A stretch of 63,260 nt of DNA from Octopus bimaculoides (lineage: Eukaryota), in contig NC_068988.1 in assembly GCF_001194135.2 (NCBI RefSeq), positions 84,753,409 through 84,816,668 on the forward strand, written 5' to 3'. A program made the position numbers and the translations under genes. The notes under the pieces were generated by a model. That model did no database searches. It was given only the letters and a program-made list of their open reading frames with translations, and was not told where the DNA came from. This document shows, in pieces, positions 12,259-25,190 of this stretch. Every line of letters begins with the position of its first letter. Position 1 is the stretch's first letter.

Positions 12259-12690
12259 GCTACAACATCAATCTAAAAGGGATCTCCAACAGAGCCACTC
12301 GACCTGCAAGGAATAGAAACCAAATTCTCTCAAATTACATTTGACCATCTTAAAAAAAGATAATTTGGCCAATGTCATCAAAAATATGCAAAAAGATAGG
12401 ATGGTCATAACTGGAATGCCTTTGATCATACGACTGCTCAGCCAAGGATGACCTGGGGCTAAACAACAACAACATCAATACTTCCACTTCTACTAACTCC
12501 AACAACAATATCAATATCACCACCACCATCACCACATTAAGAATCATATTATCATCGCTACACTACCACCCCCACAGTGACCACACCATCATCACTACCA
12601 ATATCCCTACCACCAACATCACTACTGCATCAACAATAATCACGACAACACCAGCATCTCCACTGCAGTACCACACAATCATCAGTATCA
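11790..12690. repeat. Compound and degenerate trinucleotide region (GTG, CAG, TAG, CAC, CAA) with a short dispersed repeat at 12290-12470
   Basis: Direct reading. The 12290-12470 piece matches 21060-21450, 43400-43480, 45140-45300 and 59575-59625. Confidence 0.8.
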
Positions 12691-13218
12691 CTGCCACTTC
12701 ACCACCTCACCACTGCCAACAACCACAACACCACCTCACCACTGCCAACAACCACAACACCACCTCACCACTACCAACAACCACAACACCACCTCACCAC
12801 TACCAACAACCACCNNNNNNNNNNNNNNNNNNNNNNNNNNNNNNNNNNNNNNNNNNNNNNNNNNNNNNNNNNNNNNNNNNNNNNNNNNNNNNNNNNNNNN
12901 NNNNNNNNNNNNNNNNNNNNNNNNNNNNNNNNNNNNNNNNNNNNNNNNNNNNNNNNNNNNNNNNNNNNNNNNNNNNNNNNNNNNNNNNNNNNNNNNNNNN
13001 NNNNNNNNNNNNNNNNNNNNNNNNNNNNNNNNNNNNNNNNNNNNNNNNNNNNNNNNNNNNNNCCAACAACCACAACACCACCTCACCACTACCAACAACC
13101 ACAACACCACCTCACCACAACCAACAACCACAACACCACCTCACCACTATCAACAACCACAACACCACCTCACCACTACCAACAACCACAACACCACCTC
13201 ACCACTACCAACAACCAC
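12690..13218. repeat. 29-bp minisatellite (caccacctcaccactaccaacaaccacaa)n spanning an N-gap
   Basis: ccacctcacc recurs at 12731 and 12760 (period 29). The same unit resumes after the gap. Confidence 0.9.
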
Positions 13219-13994
13219 CGTAGTATTGCCATACCACCACCATCAACAACAACAGTGCCATACCACTATTAGCAATCACATCACAATAAACTACGAAACT
13301 ATCACCATCACCAACACATCATCTCTAATATCACTACCACCACTACCACATTAAAAGACCATAAATACCACTACCATCATCATTACAACAACCAAAACAG
13401 AAACAGCAGCATCAACCAATCGATGCTGTCGCAAATATTGTATTTTCAATGTGTCGCTTCCCTCTGGGCTGGCTCACATCACTGTATGTAAACTGTGGAG
13501 TTACAAGTTGGGTGAATGTTATATTCTCCAGGAGATAACAATGTTTTATCAGTCCCTTGTACAAATGAAACATTAGACTATAAAGGTTACAGTAAACCAT
13601 TAACGGGCTTTTACTTTCATTATCACTATGTCACTCCTATAAATAGGGGGTCAAAAACATAACATACAACATTTATTTGGTTTATTATTATTATCAAGAA
13701 TTATGCAGATGTTAAAAGTAAGTGTTATTATTTTTATGTTATTCACAATTTATTTTATGTTATTTCATTGGTTAATCGAGGTGGTACATGCTTCCCATTT
13801 GTATGTCTTCTTTTTATTTTAGAACTCAAAATATATTTCCTTAGAAATTTTTTTTGTACAACTAATAGTCATTTAGAGAAAGTCTCTGGAAGTAGAAGTA
13901 CTTAATTTTCTATCATTATTACCAGAACATGAAAGTAAATGTGAATCCAAACAGATAACTTCGAACGATGTGACAGCTAATAGTAATAATAATT

Positions 13995-14151
13995 CTTTCT
14001 ACTAAAGGCACAAGGCCTGGAATTTATTGAGGGAGGGGACTAGTCAGTTATATCAACCCCAGTGTTCAACTGGTACTTATTTTATCAACTCCTGAAAGGA
14101 TAAAAGGCAAAGTCAACCCCAGCAGAATTTGACTATAATAATAATAATAAC

Positions 14152-14196
<45 letters not shown>

Positions 14197-14416
14197 AATA
14201 ATGGTTTCAAAGTTTGGCACAAGGCCAGCAAGTTCAGGGGAATTGGGTAAGTCATTTACATTGACTCCAATGTTCAACTGGTACTTACTTTATCGTCTTC
14301 AAAAGTATGAGGGGCAAAGTCAACCACGGTGGAATTTGAACTCAGAATGTAAAGATGGACAATATTGCTGCTAAGCAATTTTCTAGCGTACTAACAATTC
14401 TGCGAACTTACAACCT

Positions 14417-14420
<4 letters not shown>
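13995..14420 (-). mobile_element. Two family C SINEs
   Basis: Same motif blocks as 8795-9315, embedded in (AAT)n. Confidence 0.8.
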
Positions 14421-14471
<51 letters not shown>

Positions 14472-14472
<1 letters not shown>

Positions 14473-14903
14473 TACCACAGATTTGCTTGTCAGTTGCTTG
14501 ATCTTAACCATTTGAGCATGTCCCTTAGTGGCTGACGATATGTGCATCTCTGATCACGATAAGTAGTGGGGGGAGCATCATAGCCATGTGTTGAGAGGAA
14601 TTCTTTGGGGTTTGGATAATTCAGCTTTGGAAACATGGGTATTTCGTTTGACATCCTCAAACAACCTTTATTCAAGGACCTTTTAAGTGGGATGGGCTAC
14701 TCAACCTGAAGAAAATTCTAACTGGGCCCCACCTGCAAGGTCATGCGCTGTTTATCTTGATAAAAGACCATTATGTTGTGCACATATGGTTGTGATGCAT
14801 GTGCCTGGTGTACCCTTATCAGACGGGTAGTCATGATGGGTATACTGGGCTTCGTATATTTTACCCCAGTGTCACTTTGATGGCATGCCCTGCTCTCTCA
14901 CTC

Positions 14904-14904
<1 letters not shown>
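14472..14904 (+). mobile_element. Non-coding (AAT)n-tailed retroelement, copy 2 (5'-truncated)
   Basis: Aligns to 9937-10370 with the same 3' end and (AAT)n on both sides. Confidence 0.75.
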
Positions 14905-14999
<95 letters not shown>

Positions 15000-15270
15000 A
15001 CCTGCTAACTCATCAACATGATTGTATCATCTAATAGAAATGATTGAGCAAATGAGTATGAAAAACTTGCTAAGTATAAGGTTCTCAAAATAGAAATAAA
15101 CAGAATGTGACACCTTAAAGCCCAAACTATTTGAGAAGAGATAGGACTAGGTGTCATAAAGAAAGGTGTTCAAAGGTCTCTATAAGACATACCTGGTAAA
15201 CTTAGAATCTATGAAATCCAAAAGATAGTTCTAACAAGTACTGGCCACATTGTAGATTTTTGTCTTTGTA
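15000..15270 (+). mobile_element. Degenerate R4/Dong-clade LINE 3' fragment
   Basis: EYEKLAKYKVLKIEINRM*HLKAQTI...GLGVIKKG...IPGKLRIYEIQKIVLTSTGHI. Preceded by (AAT)n(AAG)n. Confidence 0.7.
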
Positions 15271-15604
15271 ATATATTTCAACACACAATCATTTCTTTTA
15301 ATTTTTATTGTAAATTTAATTGATATTTAATATCATTCAGCTATCTTCAAAGCAATTTAACTTTTTTACTCTTTTATACTTCTCACCCACTTTATATTCT
15401 TTTATACTTTATTTTAACCCCGACCTTCCATATTTATTTTCTCAATTTGTTTTACCTATAAATGTTTGTGATTTATTTAGTGAATGAAAAGTACAAAAAA
15501 AAGACAGTCTAAAACAACAATACCTGCCCTAAGTATCTGCTTGATACTTGGTAGTCATTACTTATAAAGTGAAATCAAAGGAAAAATAATAGTAACAATA
15601 ACTG

Positions 15605-16490
15605 CTTCAGATTTTGACACACGACCAGGAATTTGGGGGGAGGAGACAAGTTGATTACACCAACCCTTATACTTGATTGGTATTTATTTTATTGATCTTG
15701 AAAGAGTGAAGGGCAAAAATTTACCTTGGGAGAATTTGAACTCAGAATGTAATGAGTCAGAAGAAATGCTGTAAAACATTTTTTCCAATGTTCTAATAAT
15801 TCTGCCAGCTTACCACCTTTATAATAGTCCTTTCTATTATAGGCTCAAAGCCTGAAATTTTTGGGGAGGGAACTAGTTGATTACATTGCCCGCAATGTTT
15901 CACTGGTACTTAATTTATCAACCCTGAAAGGATGAAAGGCAAAGTCGAACTCAGTGGAATTTGAACTCAGAACTTAGCAATGAGTGAAATGCTGCTAAGC
16001 ATTTTGCCTGGTGTGCTAACAACTCTGCCAGCTCACCACCTGTATCACCTTTATACTAATGCTAATAATTCTTTCTAGTTATTGACACAAGGTCAACAAT
16101 TTTAAGGGGAGGGAGAAGTCAGTTGCATCAATTCTAGTATTCAACTGGTATTTATTTTATCTACCCGAAAAGAAGAACGGAAAAGCTAACCTTAGGAAGA
16201 TTTGAACACAAAATGCAGAGTTGGAGGAAATACCACTTCGCATTTTTTATAAATGTTGTAATAATTGTATCAGTTCATTGCCTTTAAAAAAATTATTATT
16301 ATTCTTTGTAATTTTGGCACAAGGCAAGCAATTTTGAGGGGAAGTTGATTAAATCAACCTCAGTGCTCAACTGTTACTAATTTTATAGCACACCCCACAC
16401 AACCCACCTAAAAAAAAAAATAGGATAAAAGACAAAGTCAACTTTGGTGGCATTTGAACTCAGAACATAAAATGTTGGAAGAAATGCTGC
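15605..16490 (-). mobile_element. Head-to-tail array of four family C SINEs
   Basis: Four successive blocks (~15605, 15830, 16070, 16300), each with (g)acacaagg...gaactcagaa motifs. Confidence 0.8.
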
Positions 16491-17734
16491 AAAGACAAAC
16501 AACCACAAATCTTGAAGGAGTAAACAAATTAAGTCCACCCTATTGAATAATACCACAATTCACACCACCACATATTCTATACAATCACTTCTCAACACTA
16601 TAAACACAACTCACACAACACATTTTCTATACAATCACCTCCATATACTTTCACGACTAACGAGAGCAACAAAATAACAAACATTTTACTACTGCAAAAG
16701 AAATTACTGTACATATTGAGAAATACAGAAATGTGCTTGCTGCAGTGAAAAACTCATGATGGAGGGCATGGTTGGCTATATCAGCTCCGGTGATTAACTG
16801 AATATGTGAAAGGCAAAATTAACCCTGGTGAGATATGATCTCAGTTTGTGATAAGCGAACTTAAGTATCACAAGACATTTTGTCTAATATTTTATTAAGT
16901 GTATCAATTGACCTTTGTTAATAATAATAATAATCATTATTATTTCAAACATAGAAAAAGTAGCATACTTAAGTTTCCTTAAGAGAAATGTAAAGAACGG
17001 AGGTTTATCATTGCGTTTCCATTTTATGATAAACTTCTTTTAAAAGAAGAAATCTTTTATTTATAAAGTGGTAACTTAATATCTTTAATGATCATTTTAA
17101 GAAATATGCATCTCTGTGTACATACATACTGAGAGAGACAGCAAGGGGAAAGGGCAATATATTCAGTTAAAGATTGAGGATAAAAACAGTGATAGAATGC
17201 TGCCACTGTGTTACTTGTTTGACTTTGTATAATTACATATTCTTCATATATAACAAACTGTTCAATAATGAAATGAATTTTAAAATGGTGGTAAGAAAAT
17301 AATCATTCAACTATTTTCTGGAATAATTAAATGGAGGAAATTGAAGTAGTGAGTTTCTGTGTGTCATTTAGGTTAAGGGTGAATGCTCAATCACTCACCC
17401 TTAACAGTAACAGATAGACACCTGTCTTTTTCTTAACTCAAAGAAAGTAACTTATTAAAATCAAACAGAGAAAAACAAATACTTGCAAGTTTTCTTAAGA
17501 CAAATTTGAAGTACAGATTCATTATTTTCTTTAAAAAAAGAAACTTTTTTATTTTCAGAAGTAGTGACTTAATGTCTTTAATGAAATATGTAGGTGTGCC
17601 TATGAATATACACACAGACAGAGGGAGAGTGTGAGAGAGGAGGGTAATTGCAAACCAAACTAGAAATTATGTTACAGACAAGACAGATTTCTCTATTATT
17701 AAAATAATGATTATTGTTATTATCATTGGAGCAA

Positions 17735-17955
17735 TGAATTGGCAGAAGCATAAGTCAGACAAAATACCATAGAGTATTTCTTTTGGTTCTCTACATTCTG
17801 AGTTCAAAACCTGTTGAGATTAATTTTAATTTCCATCTCTTAGTGGTCAATGAAAAAAAATGTGCCAATCAAGTCCTGGAGAGGCAGGAGTCAATGTAGT
17901 CAACTCACCCTCTCCCCCTAAAATTGTTGGCCTTGTGCCAAAATTTGAGACAATT
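17735..17955 (+). mobile_element. Family C SINE
   Basis: ttggcagaagc...ctgagttcaaaac...ggccttgtgccaaaatttgag followed by (ATT)n. Confidence 0.75.
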
Positions 17956-17981
17956 ATTATTAATATTATAATTACAATTAT

Positions 17982-18132
17982 TTGGCGTTAGGAAGGGCAT
18001 CCAGCTGTAGAAACTCTGCCAAATTAGATTGGAGTCTGGTGTAGCCATCCGGTTGCACCAGTCCTCAGTCAAATCGTCCAACCCATGCTAGCATGGACAG
18101 CGGACGTTAAACGATGATGATGATGATGATGA
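17982..18132 (+). mobile_element. RTE 3'-tail element ending in (GAT)n
   Basis: ttggcgttaggaagggcatccagctg...gcatggacagcggacgttaaacgatgatg. Confidence 0.85.
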
Positions 18133-18487
18133 AAGGAAATTCTCATTATTAGGTTATAATTTGATAGACATAACACATCTAAGTAAACGATTTACAGTAT
18201 TTAGTTTCATCTCAATATATTCTGAGTTCCGAATTCCACTTTGGTTGATTTTACTATTCATCATTCCAGCTTGGTGGACTGTTCAGCTCAGTGGCAGACT
18301 CTATAATTTCCATAATACCCCACTATGGTACCCATTGACAGCCAGATGGATAACATCTGTATAGGTACATATTTACAGCAAAGTGAATCGCATCTATTTA
18401 CAACTTACTAAACTGTATCTTTCTGTGGTACCCTTAAATAAAGGCACAAATACAAGTATATAAGCAATCTACTGAATATATGAACAT

Positions 18488-18521
<34 letters not shown>

Positions 18522-19286
18522 TACACAATGGTCAATTTTTTTAAGCAATTAGTTTTGGCAATCTTTCAAACAAGATGAACAACCACCTCTATCTTTTCTC
18601 GTTGTTGGTCAGCCAGTAGCTTCTGTGTATGATGATCTTGTGAGTATGTGTGTGTGTGTGTGTATTTAGTAGCTTATTTGTATGCTTGTGTGTGCCTGTG
18701 TGAGTGCATGCATGTGAGTGTATGTCTGTCAGCTTGATTGCATGTGTGTGTAATGTGTTTGAAAGCATGCGGAGGGTGGGGTCCGGCAATTCTTCAGCCT
18801 TATACCTGTGTACCCACATACCCACCCCATCTGCAGCTGGGTACGTACCTACCTCCTAACATTCCTTCTTTTCCTCCCTTATCACTCTATCTTCTTTTTT
18901 TCTCCCTTTCTTTTTTTTCTTGCCCCTGCCTTCTTTCTGCTTTCCTTTCTTTTTTCTTTCCTTCTCATTTGCTTTTTTCTTTCTCTCTCCTCTCTCTATT
19001 TTTCCCTTCCCCCTCTTTATACTCTTTCCTTCCTTCCCATACTCAAGACTAGTACATGTATATGCTTGCGTGTGTTTGATTGTGCATGTGTGCACATGAA
19101 AGCATTTTTTCTCACTATTCATCCCTCTAACCATGGTCCAAATCCAGCTTGTAAATGCAACCAAATATGTATGTCCCAGCTTCCTGTACTTTGTTAGAGT
19201 GCTTTCACACATCTGAGTAACTAGCTACACATCTGGTAAAAACCACCAGACTAACAGGTCACTAGATCAAACTAAGTAATATATAC

Positions 19287-19360
<74 letters not shown>

Positions 19361-19405
19361 ACATAAAATATAATGCTACCTTTGCCATTGGTCTGTTTAT
19401 CTTAT

Positions 19406-19443
<38 letters not shown>

Positions 19444-19826
19444 ATCTACTTTTCCATGCTTGTATGAATCAGACAAAATTCATTGAGGTAGGCTTTTTAC
19501 AGCTGGATGCTCTTTCCATTGCAAACCCTCACCTGTTCCCAAGCAAGGTTATATCTAGTTCTTAGAACATGAGCAGAATGTTTCCAAGGAAAACTGAAAC
19601 TAAAGAACGCTGCTTGTATGATGGTGACGCTTTTTAAAACTTAACACATGTCAAGAGAAGGAAATATGAAAACATGCACACACATCCGTCCACCTACCAA
19701 ACCTACTAACAAAGCTTTTGTTGGCCCTGAGTTGTAGAAAACACTTGCCAAAGGTGCTATGCAATGGGAGTGAACCTGAAACCATGTGATTGCAAAGTGA
19801 AGTTCTTAACCATACAGCTGTACTTT

Positions 19827-19978
19827 ATGTGTGTGTGTATGTGTGTGTGTGTATGTGTGTGTGTGTATGTGTGTGTGTGTATGTGTGTGTGTGTATGTGT
19901 GTGTGTGTATGTGTGTGTGTGTATGTGTGTGTGTGTATGTGTGTGTGTGTATGTGTGTGTGTGTATGTGTGTGTGTGT
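19827..19978. repeat. Higher-order (GT)nAT microsatellite, alternating 12/14-bp units
   Basis: Direct reading. Confidence 0.9.
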
Positions 19979-20019
19979 ACATATACATATACACTCATAT
20001 TATTCCTTCTGTCACTTTT

Positions 20020-20225
20020 GACATCTATCAGCACCCCCTCTCTTCTCCCCTCTCCTCCTTTACTCTATCCCCTAACATCCTCTCCCATCATGCTCTCTTT
20101 CATTATTCTCTCTTCTATCTCATTATCCGTTTATTCTCCCTTCTGTCCCTTTTATTGACCAGAGATGAGAGGATTCTCTGATGCTGGTAAACGCATGACC
20201 GGAGATAATGAAGGAGAGAGAAGAC
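20020..20225 (+). mobile_element. C/T-rich Penelope-like tail remnant with a degenerate hammerhead-like motif
   Basis: Pyrimidine-rich body, then ctct-CTGATG-ctggt-(aaacgcatg)-accgg-AGATA...gagag at 20174-20222. The catalytic core is imperfect. Confidence 0.3.
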
Positions 20226-21689
20226 TCTTAGTCAACCACATTAGTATTGGTGTCATGATAAAATGTGCCCACTACATTGTGTAAAATGGTTGGTGAATGA
20301 ATGTAGACAGTCTGAGGGTAGAAAAAAAACACTTTATTCTTGCTGGGGGCTTAGCAACCTCTCTAATGCTGGTCTTATAATAAAATTCAGCTAGTGTATT
20401 CTCTAATATAACTAGCAATAGCAAGGGAATCCAGTCATGAAAATGTTATCAAAAGTGGAACATACAAATCAGACACGGTCCCCAATCTGTTTAAGAAGGC
20501 AAGAAATTGAAATAAGAATTGACTTGGTCCATGACAACTTGTTCGGCTTATGTTGGCATAGAAAAGCGGATGTAAAATGATGATGACGAGGACAATGATG
20601 AGTGTGTGCATTGGCAAAGCCTTTGTCATTGTTGTTGTATCCGGATGTTTAAGTATTTATTTTGCCCTTTTGGTTAATAAAGAAATAATTATTATTCTTA
20701 TTCTTATTATTTTTATCACCATCATCAATAATATTATTGATCCATTAATGTTAGTGATGAACTGGTTGGAATAGATTTATAATAAAATGGTCCAGTCTCT
20801 TGGCAATATACAGCACTGATCTGGAAAGGTTGTTTCCCAGGCAACAGAATTCATGTTGATCTACAGAATTCCATGTCATCACTATTTAATGGTGATGACA
20901 ATCAGTTTTGGTATTTTGTTTTCATGTTTTCCAAATATTTAAAAAAAGAAATTTATAGATTTTGTTTTCTTTTTTTTCTTTATAAGCCTGAATAAGTGCA
21001 TTTTGTTGGAGCAGGCAGCTCTGACCACTGAACCATGAAATAGAGAGTGATAGAATATATTTACTTGTTTAGCCCTCGGTTAACCTTCATCCAACAAATC
21101 TGTGATCAAAGATGTTCCAGCCATGGCTATTTCATTTTTGTCCTTTTTTTTTAAGACAATATAATGTAACTTGAAAAATATTTCCATTTCTAGCAGGTCA
21201 AATGACCTTACAAAGGCTAATTGTTGAGTCATGTAATGTAATGTGGTATGATGACATCTAGTATGAGGTGGTGTTGTTTGGTTACAGGTCAGTCATAATC
21301 ACAGCAAACTAATGATCAAAGATGTCCTAGATATATGACTTTTCCCTCTTTTATTCAGACGGTGTATCTAGGGTTCCCTTAATGCACTTTCTAATTTATC
21401 TTTTAATTGTAGAGTGAAATATGAAGACTATTTGACTGTTACTTCTAACAGATGACCTCATAGATTGAGTTGGAATCATTTGACTATAACCCATGCCTGC
21501 TATAAATTTGGGGCAAGTCCCTCTTAACATTTTATTTCGGTATGTTGTCAATATTGAAAGTGATGGAGAGAAAAATACTATGAAACATTTATAGGAAAGT
21601 GGTTATACACCATTAGGAGTACACCTGCTTTCCTATATTAAATTCAAAAGAACAACGAAACGCAGAACTCTGAACTATCAACACAACAA

Positions 21690-21897
21690 TATTCATTTAT
21701 GGAGGAAATAGGCAGCTTAAATCTTGGTTGCTGAGACGTTGGAATGTTGATGTGAGCTGTCCCCAGAGTTGGAATGTTGGAGAGACAGCTTGACATGACC
21801 ATGCTCATGGCCGTCCGGCCGGGAAAAGAGTATGAATAAGGGCGCCAAACTTGGATATTGATGACTACGCATGCGCACGAAACAAGGCGTTACTACA
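21690..21897 (-). mobile_element. CpG-rich LTR-like segment
   Basis: Shares ACTACGCATGCGCA (21864-21877) and an ACTACA terminus (21897) with the 463-885 LTR. No matching left end or TSD found. Confidence 0.35.
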
Positions 21898-22377
21898 CAT
21901 TAATATGCTATGCACTACCTTATTTCAACATTTAATTCCAGGCAGCATTTGCTGTAACTTTCAATGATAAATCAAGCATATACAAAGTTTAATTCAGTTG
22001 ACAGTACTCTTACCTATTACTAATTCTCAGCCTTCTTATGACCAACACAAGAAATGAAAATCATAATGTTACATAGTAGCAGAGGGAAGTAATAACGGTA
22101 GTAGCTGTAATTGAAACAAGGAATTCAGTTTCTTCCTTATAAGTTCTGAGATAAAATTCTTCTCAAATAACTTTATTATTCATCAATCTAGGCTGATAAA
22201 TAAGTACTAGTAATATACTGCAATAGGCTCAGAAGACCATCGTAAGAAGTGTTGCAATTGCAAGATGTGACATGGAGCAAACATTAAGCACCTTACAAGC
22301 TGAGTTTATGAGATAACTTAGAGTATCAGTAGAAGCTATTCACATTGTTGTTGTTCTTGATAATATTATTATTATCC

Positions 22378-22585
22378 TCTCCAGCTGATCTGGCAGAATC
22401 AGTAGCACATCAGACAAAATGCTCAATGACATTTCTTCCAGCTCTTTACATTCTGAGTACAAATTCTGATGAGGTAAATTTTGCTTTCATCCTTTCAGGG
22501 TCAATAAAATAAGTACTGATTAAGGACTGGGATCAATGTAAACTCTCCCCCTAAAGTTACTGGCCTTGTGCCAGAATTTGAAACA
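22378..22585 (+). mobile_element. Family C SINE
   Basis: gatctggcagaatcagtagc...ctgagtacaaattc...ggccttgtgccagaatttgaaac followed by (ATT)n. Confidence 0.8.
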
Positions 22586-22589
22586 ATTA

Positions 22590-25190
22590 TTATTATTATC
22601 ATTATTTGATTTGCTCAGGTTCAGTCTTATTCCTGGTAGGAATTATGTGGGTAATGGGTTACTACCTGTAACCTTAAGTATCCACAAGTTTTCAGTAGTC
22701 TCAAGTGCTTAGAATGCTCCTGATAATCCTTGCTGTCCCTAAAAGACAAACTTTCTGTAGGAGCTCTACCAGGCATTCTATTTCAATCTCCTTCAACCAT
22801 TTGTCTATATCTTTGCTTACTGTTCCCAACTCACCAATTATTATAGGCACGACCTTTACTGTTTGCATGCTCCAAATTCTTCCTATTTCAAATTTTAAGG
22901 TATTGTATGTCTTTTGTTTTTCTTCCTCTTTCTTTGTGATCCTGGAATCAACCATACATGATGGGTTGATAAGTAAGCAACTTCACTTTTCCTTATTTAT
23001 AATTGTTATGCCTGGTCTATTATTTTCTAACTTCTTGTTTGTTTGAATAGGAAAGTCCCACAAAATCTTACATTTCTTCAACTCCAGTACACTTTTGACT
23101 CGATGATTGTGCCAAGTGTTTCCAGCTTCAAATCCCCATTTCTGGCATAGTTTTCAGTGTAAAACTTTTACAACCAGGTCGTGCCTCTATCTCTTATATT
23201 CTTCCTGTGCCAACTTGGGCATTATACCACAATGTGTGCCACTGTCTCATTTCAAATTCCACAGGCTTTACATTTTTCTGAGACATTCTCTCCATATATA
23301 TATTTTTTCTCAAGTTGTTTGTGTTTATTGCTTGATCTTGGGCTGCTACAATTAGGCTCTCTGTTTCTTTTTTTAATTCCCTCCTTTTTAACCAAGCCCC
23401 ATGATTTTGTTCCACATATGTCTTCAGTGACTCTCCAAAATTGGCCATGCAGAGGTTTATCTTTGGTATGTCTGATGTGCTCTCTTTGCATTTCATTCTT
23501 GTCCTTTTCTCCTATTGCACACTTCATCACCTGTTCTTTATGAACTGTCTTTAGTAGTTTTTCTGTGCTGCTCTGTAAATACTCTACTAGACTTTTTCTT
23601 TCCATCTACTACTACTCTTAAGCCTCTTCCACCCTGGTTTCTTCTCAAGTACAACCGGCTGATATCAGCTTTCAGATGGTGGGCTCCATACATCATCAAC
23701 AACTTCTTAGTTTTTCTGTCAAGTTTCTTTATATAATTTTTGTCCAGCCTATAATTCCAACTCCATATCTGACTAAGGGTACTGCTCTAGAATTTATTGC
23801 TGCACTAAGATTTTTGGAATTCAGCTTTGAGTGCAATAATTTTTTTACTCTCCTTGTGTACTCCTTATTGGTAATTTGTTTCATTTGTTCATTTTCCATC
23901 TTGTCTGCTTCTGGTATTTCCAGGTACTTACACCACTATCCTTTCTCAACTGCTCTCATTGTTTGACCATTTGGCATTTCAATTCTCTGGCTTCTTTCAA
24001 ATCTTCTTCACTTCATTTTCAATATAGCGCACTTTTCTATCCCAAGTTCCATACCTACATCGTTTGAGAAAATGCAGATAATATGTACAAGACTTTCAAG
24101 CTGTTTCTCATTTTTCACATAAACCTTTATATCATCCATGAAAAGGAGAGGATTTATCTGACCATTTCCTTTTCCAAAATTGTAAGCAATTTTAACTTCA
24201 TGTTGCATCATAGTGAGTGTCATGGCCAATTTGAACAGTAATGGAGATAAGCTATCACCCTGGAATATTCCACGTCTGATGTTCACTTTTCCGAGTCTTT
24301 GTTTTCCTCTGATTAATTCAGCATTCGAATGTTTCATACTTTCATTAAGCATTTTCTCCATGTTTTTTTCCTATTCCAAACGTGCTCATTGTTTTACTTA
24401 TCCAACTGTGTAGTACCATGTCATATGCTTTTTTTATAATCTAGCCATGCTACATTCAGTCCTGTCAATCTGCATTACAATTTCTAATTATCCTTTTATC
24501 AACTAATAAGTGATCTTTTGTTGCCCTACTTTGTTTCCTGCATTCTTTCTGTTCTTATGGAAGTAGATTGTTACTTTCCAGATGATTGTATAACTCTTCT
24601 GCAAAGACACCAGTCATGAGCTTCCACATTAGTGGTAAACAAGTTACAGGTTGAAGATATGACACCAAGTTCCCTTTCAAGGGATCTTTGAGGCATAGCA
24701 ACATTCGTCCACTTGTCATCCAGGCAAGGATGTAACCTTGCTGCAGGCAGTCATCTAGTTGCACAGTGATCCTTTCATACAACTGTGTAAAGTTCTACAG
24801 CCAATAGACTTGTACTCCATCCAGGCCTGGTAGTTTCCAATTTGCTATTTTTTAAAACTCCCATCTCACTGCATATAGATTAATTCTGATGTCTTTTTGT
24901 CTTGGTACAATTGCAAGTTGTCTTTCCACCTTTGTTAGCTACTCTGCACTTTTTTCATGTCTTGCCAACTTGTTCTACAGCCTTCCCAAAAATTCTTTAC
25001 TTTCTTCTGCATCTGGAATCAGTTCCTGGTGTTGGCCTTCCTTTATTTCCTCAAATCAATGCCTTGTATTTGATTGGAACAGTCTATTCTATTCAAAACC
25101 TTTGCATCTAGCATTCATATCTTTTCAATTTGGCTTTTAATGCTGTCACCTTTTGTATCAATTCATCATGTACTGAATTATTATTGTTAT
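22590..25190 (-). mobile_element. 5'-truncated, decayed R4/Dong-clade LINE (RT, CCHC, REL)
   Basis: QPVTCLPLMWKLMTG, RGIFQGDSLSPLLF, LLFMDDIKVY, CKACG..ETVAHIV..C, NRPGI and VVPIIIGELGTV...LQKVCLLGTARIIRSIL*. Sense-strand (AAT)n at both ends. Multiple stops and frameshifts. Confidence 0.9.

Noticed and set aside
12690-13218. CRISPR-like array
   Set aside because: Contiguous 29-bp tandem units with no unique spacers, in eukaryotic DNA with no cas genes.
17372-17405. Small hairpin gttaagggtga...tcacccttaac
   Set aside because: An 11-bp stem in isolation is expected occasionally by chance. No associated element was identified.
21838-21850. TGGCGCCC on the minus strand as a tRNA-Lys primer-binding site
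   Set aside because: The following bases (ttattc) do not continue the GAACAGGGAC complement, and no internal retroelement sequence follows.
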